Below are positions 39,952-49,539 of a stretch of DNA of 64,000 nucleotides, in pieces. The stretch's first letter is position 1. Every line of letters begins with the position of its first letter. Source of the stretch: Armatimonadota bacterium (GTDB taxonomy: Bacteria; Armatimonadota; UBA5829; DTJY01); NCBI GenBank assembly GCA_029907255.1, contig JARYMF010000003.1:64061-128060 (forward strand). The letters are read 5' to 3'. The position numbers were made by a program, and so were the translations under genes. Under the pieces are notes generated by a model that worked only from the letters and a program-made list of their open reading frames with translations, did no database searches and was not told the origin of the DNA.

Positions 39952-41115
39952 ATGATGCGCTGCTTTAAAAGAAAACCATGTGAAAAAGGAATCGTCATAA
40001 TCCTGGTTGCAATTTTAATGGTTGTTATTGTTGGGATGGCGGCATTAGCGGTAGATGTTGGACAGCTGTTTATCGCCAGGCAGAGAGCCCAGAATGTTTG
40101 TGACGCCGCCGCACTCGCCGGAATCTGGGACCTGGTTCGCACAGATTTGCTTAGTTTAAACGATCGAGAAGCCGCCGCAACTCAAACGGCTATTAAAACT
40201 GCTTTGGGGAATAATGAGCTTACGAACTGGCGAATCCTAATTCCCGATTCGGAACCACCCGAAGAAGGCATATCCGTTGAGTTTCCAACAGCTGTTCAAT
40301 ACGATAATGGCACAAGTTTAAATGTGAATGAGGGCGAAGCAATTCGAACAACAGGTGAAGTTCTCGTTAATTTTGGCTTTGCTCGAATATTTGGCTTCGA
40401 CAAAAAGAGAGTAGGAGCAAGTGCTACTGCAATAGCAGAACAGCTAAAGGAACTGTGCAGTCCTTTGAAAGTTCCAATTGGAGTTTCAAACCTTGAGATA
40501 TTTAATGAAGACGGGAGCGTTAAGGTTGAGTTTGGTACTCAGCGAATACTTCGATGCACAACATGGGATGGTGGCTTCCTAGGACCGGGCAACTACCTTT
40601 CTCTGCGACTCGACGAATCTGATTCTGGCGCAAAAGATTATAGATTGAGGATTGCTGGTGACAAACCTACCGCTTGCCTATCTACGGAGGAGCCAGATAA
40701 TACCTGCACAACTGAGCCAGGAAAAATGGGAAGCGTAACTTACACCGGCATTATGGACAGGTTAGCCAAAGAAGAGATTTATACAAACGATGACACTGCT
40801 TGGGAAGAATGGACGGCAGATTTTAATCCAGAGACAGGAATGTACCCGAATACTTGGAGAATAGTAATTTTACCAGTATTGCTGGATGTCCCGGGAGTTG
40901 ACGATATTTCTGGTTCAAAGGAAGTTACAATAGTTGGGTTCATTGGCTTTTTTATTGAAAAAGCAACCAATATAGGGCAGGATAAAGGATTAATTATAGG
41001 AAGATTTATTCAGGGAGCAGTTATTGGGGATAAGTTTATTCCACTTTGGACCGGTGGCTCAAGTTTGCCAGGTTCGAATAATTGGACTATGATAAGACTT
41101 CGCTTGATATCTTAG
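39952..41115 (+). CDS. tadG: TadG-like (TadE-family N-terminus plus large periplasmic domain) pilus assembly protein
   Basis: GIVIILVAILMVVIVGMAALAVDVGQLFIARQRAQNVCDAAALAG is the TadG-type N-terminus. Confidence 0.6.
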   Translation: MMRCFKRKPCEKGIVIILVAILMVVIVGMAALAVDVGQLFIARQRAQNVCDAAALAGIWDLVRTDLLSLNDREAAATQTAIKTALGNNELTNWRILIPDSEPPEEGISVEFPTAVQYDNGTSLNVNEGEAIRTTGEVLVNFGFARIFGFDKKRVGASATAIAEQLKELCSPLKVPIGVSNLEIFNEDGSVKVEFGTQRILRCTTWDGGFLGPGNYLSLRLDESDSGAKDYRLRIAGDKPTACLSTEEPDNTCTTEPGKMGSVTYTGIMDRLAKEEIYTNDDTAWEEWTADFNPETGMYPNTWRIVILPVLLDVPGVDDISGSKEVTIVGFIGFFIEKATNIGQDKGLIIGRFIQGAVIGDKFIPLWTGGSSLPGSNNWTMIRLRLIS

Positions 41116-41131
41116 GAGGAGGTTAAGCAGG

Positions 41132-42058
41132 ATGAAACAAATGCCTAGAAACAGAGTTCTTGCCGCCGCTCTGTGTCTTGCAGCTGTAGCAGCAATACTT
41201 GTATATGCTTATATGAGTAGGCTTTCGGATGAGTCTAGACAGCCGGTGGCAGTTGTGGCAGCAAGCAAAGATATACCCGCAAGAACAATAATCACGCAAG
41301 ATATGGTAAGAGTGAATGATTTCCCAAGGAAGCTCATTCCGCCAAACGCCGCTGTGAGCATTGATTCGGTAGTTGGCAAAGTTGCATTGCAAACAATTAA
41401 AGAAGGAAATCCCATATCAATGAACCAGCTAGCCCCTAGAGGCGCTGCCTTGGGCTTGTCCTATGCTGTTCCGCCGCTAATGCGTGCGGTTACGGTGGCG
41501 CTTGACCCTATTATCGGCGTTGCAGGGTTCCTAAAGCCTGGCGATCACGTTGATGTTATAGCGACCTTCGATGTAAACGACGGAACGATTACAAAAACTG
41601 TACTTCAGGATGTTGAACTGCTGGCAATTGGCTCGCAAGTTGTTGAGGGAGAAATTGACCCGGGAACAGGAAAACCTGCCAAGCCTCAAACTCAACCTAA
41701 CGCAACGCTTGCTGTAACCCCACAGGATGCGGAAAAATTAATCCTGGCAGAATCAAAGGGCAAGCTGAGGTTAACTCTTCGGTACTATGGCGACCAAGCC
41801 AAGGTGATTTCAAAGGGCATTACCAGCAGGCAATTGATAGGTTATGTGCCGCCCGATGTTCCAGAGAAAACATCTAGCACGGTAACGGTGCGCCCTGCGG
41901 TTTCTAGGCCATCTCCTCCACCAATAGTTAGGGAGAGCCCGCCAATTTATAGTATTCCGCCACTGCCCACAACGCAGACTACGGTGCAAGAAGAGCCCGG
42001 CAAGAAAGTTCAGGTTGTCCGCGGCACGAAGATTGAGGAGGTTGTGGTCAGCGAATAA
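41132..42058 (+). CDS. cpaB: Flp pilus assembly protein CpaB/RcpC
   Basis: N-terminal membrane anchor, a SAF-like domain (VAASKDIPARTIITQDMV), then a Pro-rich C-terminus. Confidence 0.8.
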   Translation: MKQMPRNRVLAAALCLAAVAAILVYAYMSRLSDESRQPVAVVAASKDIPARTIITQDMVRVNDFPRKLIPPNAAVSIDSVVGKVALQTIKEGNPISMNQLAPRGAALGLSYAVPPLMRAVTVALDPIIGVAGFLKPGDHVDVIATFDVNDGTITKTVLQDVELLAIGSQVVEGEIDPGTGKPAKPQTQPNATLAVTPQDAEKLILAESKGKLRLTLRYYGDQAKVISKGITSRQLIGYVPPDVPEKTSSTVTVRPAVSRPSPPPIVRESPPIYSIPPLPTTQTTVQEEPGKKVQVVRGTKIEEVVVSE

Positions 42059-42148
42059 AAGATAAGACAGGAAGTCTTTCAAATAAATTCCTAGCAAAGG
42101 AGGTCAGGGGGGAGTAAAAACATTGCACACGAAGAACCCCTTTCAAAA

Positions 42149-43792
42149 ATGAGAGCCAAAATAAGCTTTGTATTCATTTTAGCAATTACGGTTTTTCTAG
42201 CGAATCCATTAGCCGCCGCAAAAGCGGCTGATAAGGCTAGCGGTGAGAAGGCACTTCAGGTTGGTGAAAGCATTATCATTGAATGCAAGAATGTTACGCG
42301 GGCAGCCGTTGGCGACCCCGTAATAGCAGATGTTGTGCCTTTGTCTTCAAAAGAAGTATTAGTCAATGCTAAATCACCAGGCAAAACCGTCGTCTACATA
42401 TGGGATGACAATGGCAGGCGTGTGTTCAAAACCGAAGTCAAGGCAGCCGAATTAAATATGGAAAAGCTTGTGGAAGCTATAACAAATGAACTTAACGATT
42501 CAAGGATTACTGTTCGAGCGGTTGGAAGCACAATTATGCTTGAGGGTGTGGTTTCCAGAAAAGCTGAATCTGACCGGGCGGAAAGAATAGCAACCGCAGT
42601 AGCAGAAATGGCCGCTTTCCGTGGTGTTTATACGCCTGAACCAACGGGGCAGACAAAATCGGTAGCAAGGACCGAAGGCGATGTGATTCGTATTGAAAGC
42701 GTTAAGACCGATAGAACTACGCCTATTACTGCAGAGGTTGATCTTAGATGTCCGAAAATAGTAAACCTCATTGAAATTGAAAAACCGATTGATGAAATAA
42801 GCGTATCCACGCATGAGGCATGCGAAGCCTTAAGGCAGGCTCTCAACGGAACAAACCTAACCGTTCGAGGTCTGCCAGGAAACGTGGTATTGGTCGAGGG
42901 GAAGGTTGGCACGCAGGCTGAATTTGACAAGATAAACCTAGTTATATCTGGTTGGAAAAAGCAGAGCAACACAAGTGGACAAGCAGAGGGAGCAAATGAA
43001 GAAGTTTCGCTCGTCAATGCTGTAACCATTGATAGTTCGATTGCCCAGCAGGTAATGGTGCGTGCCCAAGTCGTGAGTATAGATAAAGCCGCTCTAAAAG
43101 ATTTTGGTATTGAGTGGGGCAGAATTGCCTCAACAAGCGAGGGAGGAGCGAGCTTTGGGGAACAACCTTGGCTCATAGGGCAAATTCAAAGCCCTCCTTA
43201 CGACATTTTTGGCGGCGGCGGTCTATACCGATTGGACCCAATTGGCGCAAGGATAAGGGCTCTAGAACAACAAAACAAGGCAAAGGTGCTTTCGGAGCCC
43301 AATCTGCTTGTGGTTGATGGGCAAGAGGCGAAAATTTTAGTAGGCGGAGAAATACCGGTGCCAGTGGTTCAATCAGGCAATATTGGCGCCGCAGTGAGCG
43401 TAACTATTGAGTATAAAGAATTTGGCGTGCGCCTGGAAATTCTCCCCACTATCACCAGCAAGGATACAATACAACTTAAGGTTATGCCTGAGGTAAGCTC
43501 ACTTGATTTTGCAAACGCCGTTGAGTTTAGCGGATTCCGCATTCCAGCGTTGCGCACTCGAAGGGCTGAAACAATAGTAAGCGTTAGAAATGGGCAATCG
43601 CTAATACTTGGCGGTCTACTGCAAAATGAGGTGTCAAAGCTAGTTAAGAAGATTCCAGTGCTTGGTGACATACCGATTTTAGGAGAGCTCTTCAAGAACA
43701 CTTCGTTTACTAAAGGCGAAAGTGAGCTTGTGATAATCGTTACACCGCAGATAGTCAAACCAACAGCAGCAACCGAAAAAGCCCAAGAATAG
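42149..43792 (+). CDS. cpaC: Tad secretin CpaC/RcpA (type II/III secretion system secretin family)
   Basis: Signal peptide. N-terminal BON-like domains. C-terminal secretin domain ...LLVVDGQEAKILVGGEIPVPV...IPVLGDIPILGELFKNT. Confidence 0.85.
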   Translation: MRAKISFVFILAITVFLANPLAAAKAADKASGEKALQVGESIIIECKNVTRAAVGDPVIADVVPLSSKEVLVNAKSPGKTVVYIWDDNGRRVFKTEVKAAELNMEKLVEAITNELNDSRITVRAVGSTIMLEGVVSRKAESDRAERIATAVAEMAAFRGVYTPEPTGQTKSVARTEGDVIRIESVKTDRTTPITAEVDLRCPKIVNLIEIEKPIDEISVSTHEACEALRQALNGTNLTVRGLPGNVVLVEGKVGTQAEFDKINLVISGWKKQSNTSGQAEGANEEVSLVNAVTIDSSIAQQVMVRAQVVSIDKAALKDFGIEWGRIASTSEGGASFGEQPWLIGQIQSPPYDIFGGGGLYRLDPIGARIRALEQQNKAKVLSEPNLLVVDGQEAKILVGGEIPVPVVQSGNIGAAVSVTIEYKEFGVRLEILPTITSKDTIQLKVMPEVSSLDFANAVEFSGFRIPALRTRRAETIVSVRNGQSLILGGLLQNEVSKLVKKIPVLGDIPILGELFKNTSFTKGESELVIIVTPQIVKPTAATEKAQE

Positions 43793-43803
43793 CAGGTGCT
43801 GAA

Positions 43804-45021
43804 ATGCCTGTGCGAGTTTTGGTAGCAGAAGAAAATCAAAGACTGCGCGAACAAATGCGCGACTATCTTAGCAATGAATGTAGCTGCGAGGTAGTTGGTC
43901 TTGCGCGCGATGGCCACGAAGCCATCCAGCTTGCTATGCAGCTGCTTCCACATATAATGTTCATTTCGCATGATTTGCCAGGGATAACGGGTCTGCAGAC
44001 GTGCGAAATAATAAATGCGCTTGCACCAGACATAATGGCTATCATGGTGACCGATACAAAATCAATTGAACGAGTTGAAGCCGCCATGAAAGTTGGGGCA
44101 AGGGCAGTTGTAACAAGGCCGCTTAAATCACCGGAAGTAGGCTATTTAATACAAGAACTTGCTGAAGTACGAAATCGCCGTGATTCCGATGATATTCAGG
44201 AGTTAAAAGACCCGGCTCGGTTTCCAAAGGTTATAAGCATAACAGGGGCAAAGGGGGGCGTAGGCAAAAGCACGATAGCCGTCAATCTTGCCGTAGCATT
44301 AGCAAAACAAGCGCCGAACAAGGTTGTTATTGTAGATATGTATACGCAATTTGGCGATATTGCTACTATGTTCAATGTCACGCCCAAGCATACGATTTCA
44401 GACCTTGAGCCAATTTTAAAAGACTTGGACCAGGATTTAATCCGAAACTATGTGTCAGAGCATGAATCTGGTGTTCATGTACTTGTAGCCACAATCAACC
44501 CTTTGCCGCTGGATGCTATTAGCGTTGAGTGCTGGGATACACTTATTCACCTTCTCAAACGAACATATCGGTATGTGATAATTGATATGCCGCCGATACT
44601 GCATCCGACAACTATTCACGTATTAATGCATTCAAATATTGTGCTCTTAATTGCTAATTTATTTGATTTGACAACAGCAATGGATACGAAAAAGTTTTAC
44701 GACGCTCTCGACCAAGAGCGAATATCGAAAGAGCACATAAAGGTAGTTTTGAATAGGGTATCGAAGGTAAACAGGCTACATGCAGCTGACCTAGAGCAGA
44801 TGTTTCCATGCGGTATTTTGGCGCATATACCAAATGAAAGCAAGCTTGTAAACGCCATTAATAAGGGCGTTCCACTGGCAATGACTGACGGTGACTCACC
44901 TTATGGGCGAAGTATTGATAGACTAGCCGCTACCATATTAGGCGTAGAAGGTAATCTCCCATTTGCTGTAAATGAAGCCGAAAGATGGAGCCTGCTACCT
45001 AAGGCAAGGAAGGGGAGATAA
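43804..45021 (+). CDS. cpaE: CpaE/TadZ: N-terminal receiver-like domain fused to a ParA/MinD-type ATPase
   Basis: REC-like VLVAEENQ...FISHDLPGITG with a deviant Walker A, ITGAKGGVGKST. Confidence 0.8.
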   Translation: MPVRVLVAEENQRLREQMRDYLSNECSCEVVGLARDGHEAIQLAMQLLPHIMFISHDLPGITGLQTCEIINALAPDIMAIMVTDTKSIERVEAAMKVGARAVVTRPLKSPEVGYLIQELAEVRNRRDSDDIQELKDPARFPKVISITGAKGGVGKSTIAVNLAVALAKQAPNKVVIVDMYTQFGDIATMFNVTPKHTISDLEPILKDLDQDLIRNYVSEHESGVHVLVATINPLPLDAISVECWDTLIHLLKRTYRYVIIDMPPILHPTTIHVLMHSNIVLLIANLFDLTTAMDTKKFYDALDQERISKEHIKVVLNRVSKVNRLHAADLEQMFPCGILAHIPNESKLVNAINKGVPLAMTDGDSPYGRSIDRLAATILGVEGNLPFAVNEAERWSLLPKARKGR

Positions 45022-45024
45022 TCA

Positions 45025-46356
45025 GTGGGAGTATTGGGAGCAGGAAAGACGAATTCAGGGTCTGAAAGCGGAAACCTAGAGGGACCACTAAACATTCGCC
45101 GTCTTTTAGACCTCAAAGCCAAAATCCATCAAAAAATGATGGATGAAATGGACCCAAAAACGCTTGGAACGCTCGACAGGCTCGCTTTGAGTAGAGAAGT
45201 TCATTCTGTAACAGCTGATGTACTTGCAAGCGAGAATTTAGCTTTGCCGGTTCGAGTCCGGGAGCAAATAGTAGCTGATGTAATAAATGAGATTATCGGC
45301 TATGGTCCGATACAGCCACTGCTGGATGACCCAACCATAACCGAAATTATGGTCAATGGTCCAAACCAAGTATACGCCGAACGTGGTGGAAAGCTGTTCC
45401 TGACGGACAAAATTTTCCGCGATGATCAACACGTAATGCGGATAATTGAAAAAATCGTGATGCCATTAGGGCGGCGAATTGATGAAAGCTCTCCGATGGT
45501 TGATGCAAGGCTCCCCGACGGCTCGCGCGTTAATGCAATAATTCCCCCACTGTCAATCAAAGGGCCAACACTTACAATTAGAAAATTCTCACGCGAGCCT
45601 TATACTATTGAGGACCTTATTTCATTTGGCACCCTTACAAGGGAAATGGCAGAATTTCTCCGAGCTTGCGTAATAGCGCGCTTGAATATCATTATTTCAG
45701 GTGGAACGGGAAGCGGTAAAACAACTACGCTTAATGTCCTTTCGTCGTTTGTCCCCAACGATGAACGCATAGTCACCATAGAAGATGCCGCGGAACTTCA
45801 ACTTCAGCAAGATCACGTAGTCTCATTGGAAAGTAGGCCTCCCAATCTTGAAGGGAAGGGTGAAATAACAATTAGGCAGCTCGTTAGAAATGCATTGAGA
45901 ATGAGACCCGACCGCATAATCGTAGGCGAAGTCCGAGGCGGCGAGGCTCTTGACATGCTACAGGCGATGAATACAGGTCATGATGGCTCGCTTAGCACTG
46001 CCCACACCAATAGCCCGCGTGATACGCTTTCGCGGCTTGAAACAATGACCCTTATGGCAGGAACAGAACTCCCGTCACGCGCGGTAAGAGAACAAATAGC
46101 TGCTGCTCTTCATTTAATTATTCATCAAAACAGATTGAGAGATGGAAGCCGCAAAATAACACACATCACCGAAGTGCAGGGAATGGAAGGGGATGTCATA
46201 ATCTTGCAAGATTTATTCCTGTTCCAACAGGAAGGTGTGGATGCAAGCGGTAAAGTAATCGGCAGACACGTAGCTACTGGGCTGCGTCCAAAGTTCATGG
46301 ATAGATTAATTCAACAGGGATTGGAGCTACCGGCAAGTATCTTTAATTTGAGGTGA
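45025..46356 (+). CDS. cpaF: CpaF/TadA secretion ATPase
   Basis: GTG start with an AAGGGGAG RBS. Walker A GGTGSGKTT. Asp and His boxes of the VirB11/GspE superfamily. Confidence 0.9.
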   Translation: MGVLGAGKTNSGSESGNLEGPLNIRRLLDLKAKIHQKMMDEMDPKTLGTLDRLALSREVHSVTADVLASENLALPVRVREQIVADVINEIIGYGPIQPLLDDPTITEIMVNGPNQVYAERGGKLFLTDKIFRDDQHVMRIIEKIVMPLGRRIDESSPMVDARLPDGSRVNAIIPPLSIKGPTLTIRKFSREPYTIEDLISFGTLTREMAEFLRACVIARLNIIISGGTGSGKTTTLNVLSSFVPNDERIVTIEDAAELQLQQDHVVSLESRPPNLEGKGEITIRQLVRNALRMRPDRIIVGEVRGGEALDMLQAMNTGHDGSLSTAHTNSPRDTLSRLETMTLMAGTELPSRAVREQIAAALHLIIHQNRLRDGSRKITHITEVQGMEGDVIILQDLFLFQQEGVDASGKVIGRHVATGLRPKFMDRLIQQGLELPASIFNLR

Positions 46357-46362
46357 TGTGGA

Positions 46363-47325
46363 ATGCCTCCATTCGTATGGGCTCTTCTAGCATTTGCTGC
46401 TACCGCTTTGGTCGTAATCCTTATTGGTTTTGCTGTAACAAGAGAATCTGCAGAAGCTAGAACCAGGTTACGACAGTTAACAACTGGTCCCAAAGAGGAG
46501 CGACCGTCTGTAGAATTCAAGGCACCTGCTGAAAAAAGAGACATGCTTCCAACGGTAACGCGCTTCTTAAATGCGCGCAATTTGACTGAGCGCCTTTATG
46601 TCGAGCTTGCTGCTGCAGGGTTGCCTTTACGACCGAGCGAATTTGTTGGCATTGTGGCGGCTTCGGTATTAATTTCACAGATTTTAGGCGCAATTGTTGC
46701 GAGGAACTTAATTGTTTATTTCGTATTCGCAATTCTGGGAGCAAGTATTCCATTTTTCGTCGTCAAGGTGCTCCAGCAAAAAAGAAGGGCAATGTTTGAT
46801 AGCCAAATAGTCGATGCACTTGTGCTAATTGCCTCGTCCATTCGCTCAGGTTTTAGTTTTCTAAGGGCTTTGCAAATGGTTGCTCAAGAAATGCCACCTC
46901 CAATTTCTACAGAATTTGAGCGAATAATAAGCGAAGTAAATGTTGGCCGCTCAATGGAAGATGCTCTTCGGGGTAGCGTGCAGCGCGTCAAAAGCTATGA
47001 TTTTGATTTGGTAGTAACTGCCGTATTGATTCACCTTCAAATAGGAGGCAATTTGGCAGATATTCTTGAAACAATTGCTGAGACGATACGCGAGCGCATG
47101 CGAATAGCCGGTGAAATAAAGACGCTGACTGCCGAAGGAAGAATCTCTGGAATAGCACTAGTGCTCATACCAATATTTCTCGCGGTTGTTCTAACCTTGA
47201 TAAACCCATCATATATGCACACATTATTTTATGAGGACATCGGGCGCATTTTATTGGTCGTAGCGGCAGTCTTTCAGCTACTAGGATGGCTTGTTATTAA
47301 AAGGTTACTCGTGCTGGAGTATTAG
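46363..47325 (+). CDS. tadB: TadB (T2SS F-domain inner-membrane platform protein)
   Basis: Polytopic membrane protein with a GspF-like cytoplasmic domain. Operon position after cpaF. Confidence 0.8.
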   Translation: MPPFVWALLAFAATALVVILIGFAVTRESAEARTRLRQLTTGPKEERPSVEFKAPAEKRDMLPTVTRFLNARNLTERLYVELAAAGLPLRPSEFVGIVAASVLISQILGAIVARNLIVYFVFAILGASIPFFVVKVLQQKRRAMFDSQIVDALVLIASSIRSGFSFLRALQMVAQEMPPPISTEFERIISEVNVGRSMEDALRGSVQRVKSYDFDLVVTAVLIHLQIGGNLADILETIAETIRERMRIAGEIKTLTAEGRISGIALVLIPIFLAVVLTLINPSYMHTLFYEDIGRILLVVAAVFQLLGWLVIKRLLVLEY

Positions 47326-47345
47326 GAATTAAAAGGAGACGTGAA

Positions 47346-48278
47346 ATGCTAATACTCATTTCGGCATTGACTTTTGGAACTGTCGTATTGTTATTCCTCG
47401 GGCTCACTATGAAAACTGAGCGCGAAATAATTCAGGACAGAATACGTCAACAACAAGAGGTGGACTCGTCCATATTAAGTTCGATCGAAGCCGAGCTTGA
47501 AAGACCAATCAAACAGCGAATAATAGCACCAATACTTATAAAACTTGCCAACTTAGTAAGCAGCTTCACGCCTGCCGGAGCTCTTCGTGCCATTGATGAC
47601 AAGCTGGAAACAGCAGGTCGTCCATGGTCGCTAAGTGCAAAAGAGTTCGTAGGGCTCAAAGTCCTCTCTGTTGGTGCATCTATTGTCGTTGGCTCGTTAT
47701 TCTCCAAGTTCATTGATGCTCAGCCGCCAATCAGGATTTTAGCATTCGTTTTGATTGTCTTCATCGGGATAATTCTTCCTGATTACCTGTTACAGAGAGC
47801 AATTAATAATAGACAAACCCAGATTAGAAAAGTTCTTGCGGACACACTAGATTTGCTAACCGTGAGCGTCGAGGCTGGCTTAGGTTTAGACGGTGCAATG
47901 CAAAAAGTTACTGAGAAATTGCACAATCCGCTTTCCGATGAAATGACTCGTGCCCTTCAGGAAATAAGAATAGGTAAGATGCGGATGGAAGCCCTAAGGG
48001 ATATGGCTAGGAGAGTAAAAGTTACAGAGCTAAGTTCTTTTGTAACGGCAATTTGTCAAGCTGACCAGTTAGGCGTAAGCATTGCGAAAGTTCTTCGCGT
48101 CCAAGGAGATACGCTACGCACCCAGCGAAGTCAGAGAGCAAGAGAAGCCGCAGCAAAGCTGCCAGTCAAGATGCTTTTCCCCTTGGTATTCTTTATTTTT
48201 CCCGCGCTATTCGTAGTGGTTGCAGGCCCGGCGTTCATTCAGATATTCCGCCAGCTTGGCGGAGTGATTGGCAGATAG
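47346..48278 (+). CDS. tadC: TadC (T2SS F-domain inner-membrane platform protein)
   Basis: Paralogous to the previous gene. Typical tadB-tadC pair. Confidence 0.8.
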   Translation: MLILISALTFGTVVLLFLGLTMKTEREIIQDRIRQQQEVDSSILSSIEAELERPIKQRIIAPILIKLANLVSSFTPAGALRAIDDKLETAGRPWSLSAKEFVGLKVLSVGASIVVGSLFSKFIDAQPPIRILAFVLIVFIGIILPDYLLQRAINNRQTQIRKVLADTLDLLTVSVEAGLGLDGAMQKVTEKLHNPLSDEMTRALQEIRIGKMRMEALRDMARRVKVTELSSFVTAICQADQLGVSIAKVLRVQGDTLRTQRSQRAREAAAKLPVKMLFPLVFFIFPALFVVVAGPAFIQIFRQLGGVIGR

Positions 48279-48401
48279 AATGAAACAAAGCACATAAATT
48301 GTTGCAGCTGATGCTTAAGCCAACAGCCTATTTCATGTTCGGGAAACCATTATCTTGTAAAGGTCCTTCTCAAATTTTATAAAGCAAGAACTAATTAAAA
48401 G

Positions 48402-48433
48402 AAGGATGTATCAAATTGATACATCCTTTTTTG
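48402..48433. terminator. Bidirectional terminator (AAGGATGTATCA-AAT-TGATACATCCTT + TTTT)
   Basis: Perfect 12-bp stem lying between convergent tadC (+) and the PEP-CTERM gene (-), with T-runs on both sides. Confidence 0.65.
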
Positions 48434-48460
48434 TTGCTCTTTCGAATGGTTGTTTGTTAG

Positions 48461-49333
48461 CTATTTACGCCGGCGTAGGATTCTGACGGATGCTAAGGTA
48501 GCTATTCCTGAAGCCAAAGTTAATATACTGGCAGGCTCAGGAATAACTGGAGGATTTGTTCCTCCACCCCCGCCACCACCATTGTCTGGAGGATTGTCTG
48601 GAGGAATTATTATGCCATTGTCGCCTCCTCCTCCACCGCCACCCATTGCAACTGCGGCGCCTACGACACCCAATGGAATCAGCCAATTCATAGAACTCAG
48701 TCTGGAACCAGTTCCAACGGGTGAAGTAGTTGATGGTATCTGAACGCCCGTGTTTGCAGCCACAGTTTCAGCGGGTTTAGCCAACGCTGCACTCTGACCA
48801 GCACTTTCAGTCGCAAGCTTTGGAAGCTCTGTTGGCGGTTGCTCGAGAACTTGAACTGCAACCTTATCATTTTTCGCTGCTGAGCTTGCATTTGATGCCT
48901 TCAGCCCATCAATTGTCTTCTTTGGAAGTGCGCCTGTTAAAAGTGTGGAAGCAAGTGGATTGCCTGTTCCTATCTCCAAGATTGGTGCACCTGCTTTGTT
49001 AGCAAATACCCATGTGCCGGCTTTAAACTCTCGGATTTCGCTTACTATATTATGTGCTTCATCAAGATAATAAACTTGAAGCGACATATCCTCTGGAAGT
49101 TTAACAACCGACAGTTCATTCCTGAAGAAGGTAAGCACGCTGGATGGGTCCGTGCGGAAATGCTTGGCATACCGCAGGGCTACAAGTCGGCTATCTTCAA
49201 CTTGACTAACAAGCTGCTGGATTGTGTCTGAATATTCCAAGAGGAATGCTCCTTGCCCTGCAGGCTTTGCTGCGACGGCTCCGAACAGCGCCACCGTAAG
49301 AATTAACGTTAAAAATATGGCCCTTATTCTCAT
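48461..49333 (-). CDS. PEP-CTERM sorting-domain secreted protein
   Basis: Start at ATG 49333 with an AAGGATGGGTGG RBS. Signal peptide MRIRAIFLTLILTVALFGAVAA. C-terminal ...VIPEPASILTLASGIATLASVRILRRRK, that is PEP, then a TM helix, then a basic tail. A Gly-rich / PPDN low-complexity region precedes it. Confidence 0.7.
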   Translation of the reverse strand: MRIRAIFLTLILTVALFGAVAAKPAGQGAFLLEYSDTIQQLVSQVEDSRLVALRYAKHFRTDPSSVLTFFRNELSVVKLPEDMSLQVYYLDEAHNIVSEIREFKAGTWVFANKAGAPILEIGTGNPLASTLLTGALPKKTIDGLKASNASSAAKNDKVAVQVLEQPPTELPKLATESAGQSAALAKPAETVAANTGVQIPSTTSPVGTGSRLSSMNWLIPLGVVGAAVAMGGGGGGGDNGIIIPPDNPPDNGGGGGGGTNPPVIPEPASILTLASGIATLASVRILRRRK

Positions 49334-49504
49334 TTCACCACCCATCCTTTCAAAATCAATTAAATCAACCACGGTTTATGACCGTCTAAACTTTGCTTTG
49401 TACAGCTTTCAAATATGTCTAGTGCAAGAATTGGGCCAATTTGATAAGTTTTGCGATAAAAAATTGTTTTTGTTGCCCGGTAGTAATTGTGAAGGCCAAG
49501 TGTC

Positions 49505-49539
49505 GCAAACTTGACAAGAGTTTGCAGGGGTGCTAACAT
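49505..49539 (+). promoter_or_regulatory. Promoter TTGACA-17-(TGc)TAACAT with inverted repeat GCAAACT-N7-AGTTTGC overlapping the -35
   Basis: -35 at 49511-49516 and -10 at 49534-49539. Inverted-repeat arms at 49505-49511 and 49519-49525. About 345 nt upstream of the Wza-like gene. Confidence 0.4.

Noticed and set aside
42628-43971. Minus-strand ORFs of 182 and 200 aa opposite the secretin and cpaE genes
   Set aside because: Antisense to strongly supported secretin and CpaE coding sequence. Low-complexity products.
48450-48743. + strand 97-aa poly-Pro ORF
   Set aside because: It is the antisense reading of the Gly/Pro-rich region of the minus-strand PEP-CTERM gene. It has no RBS.
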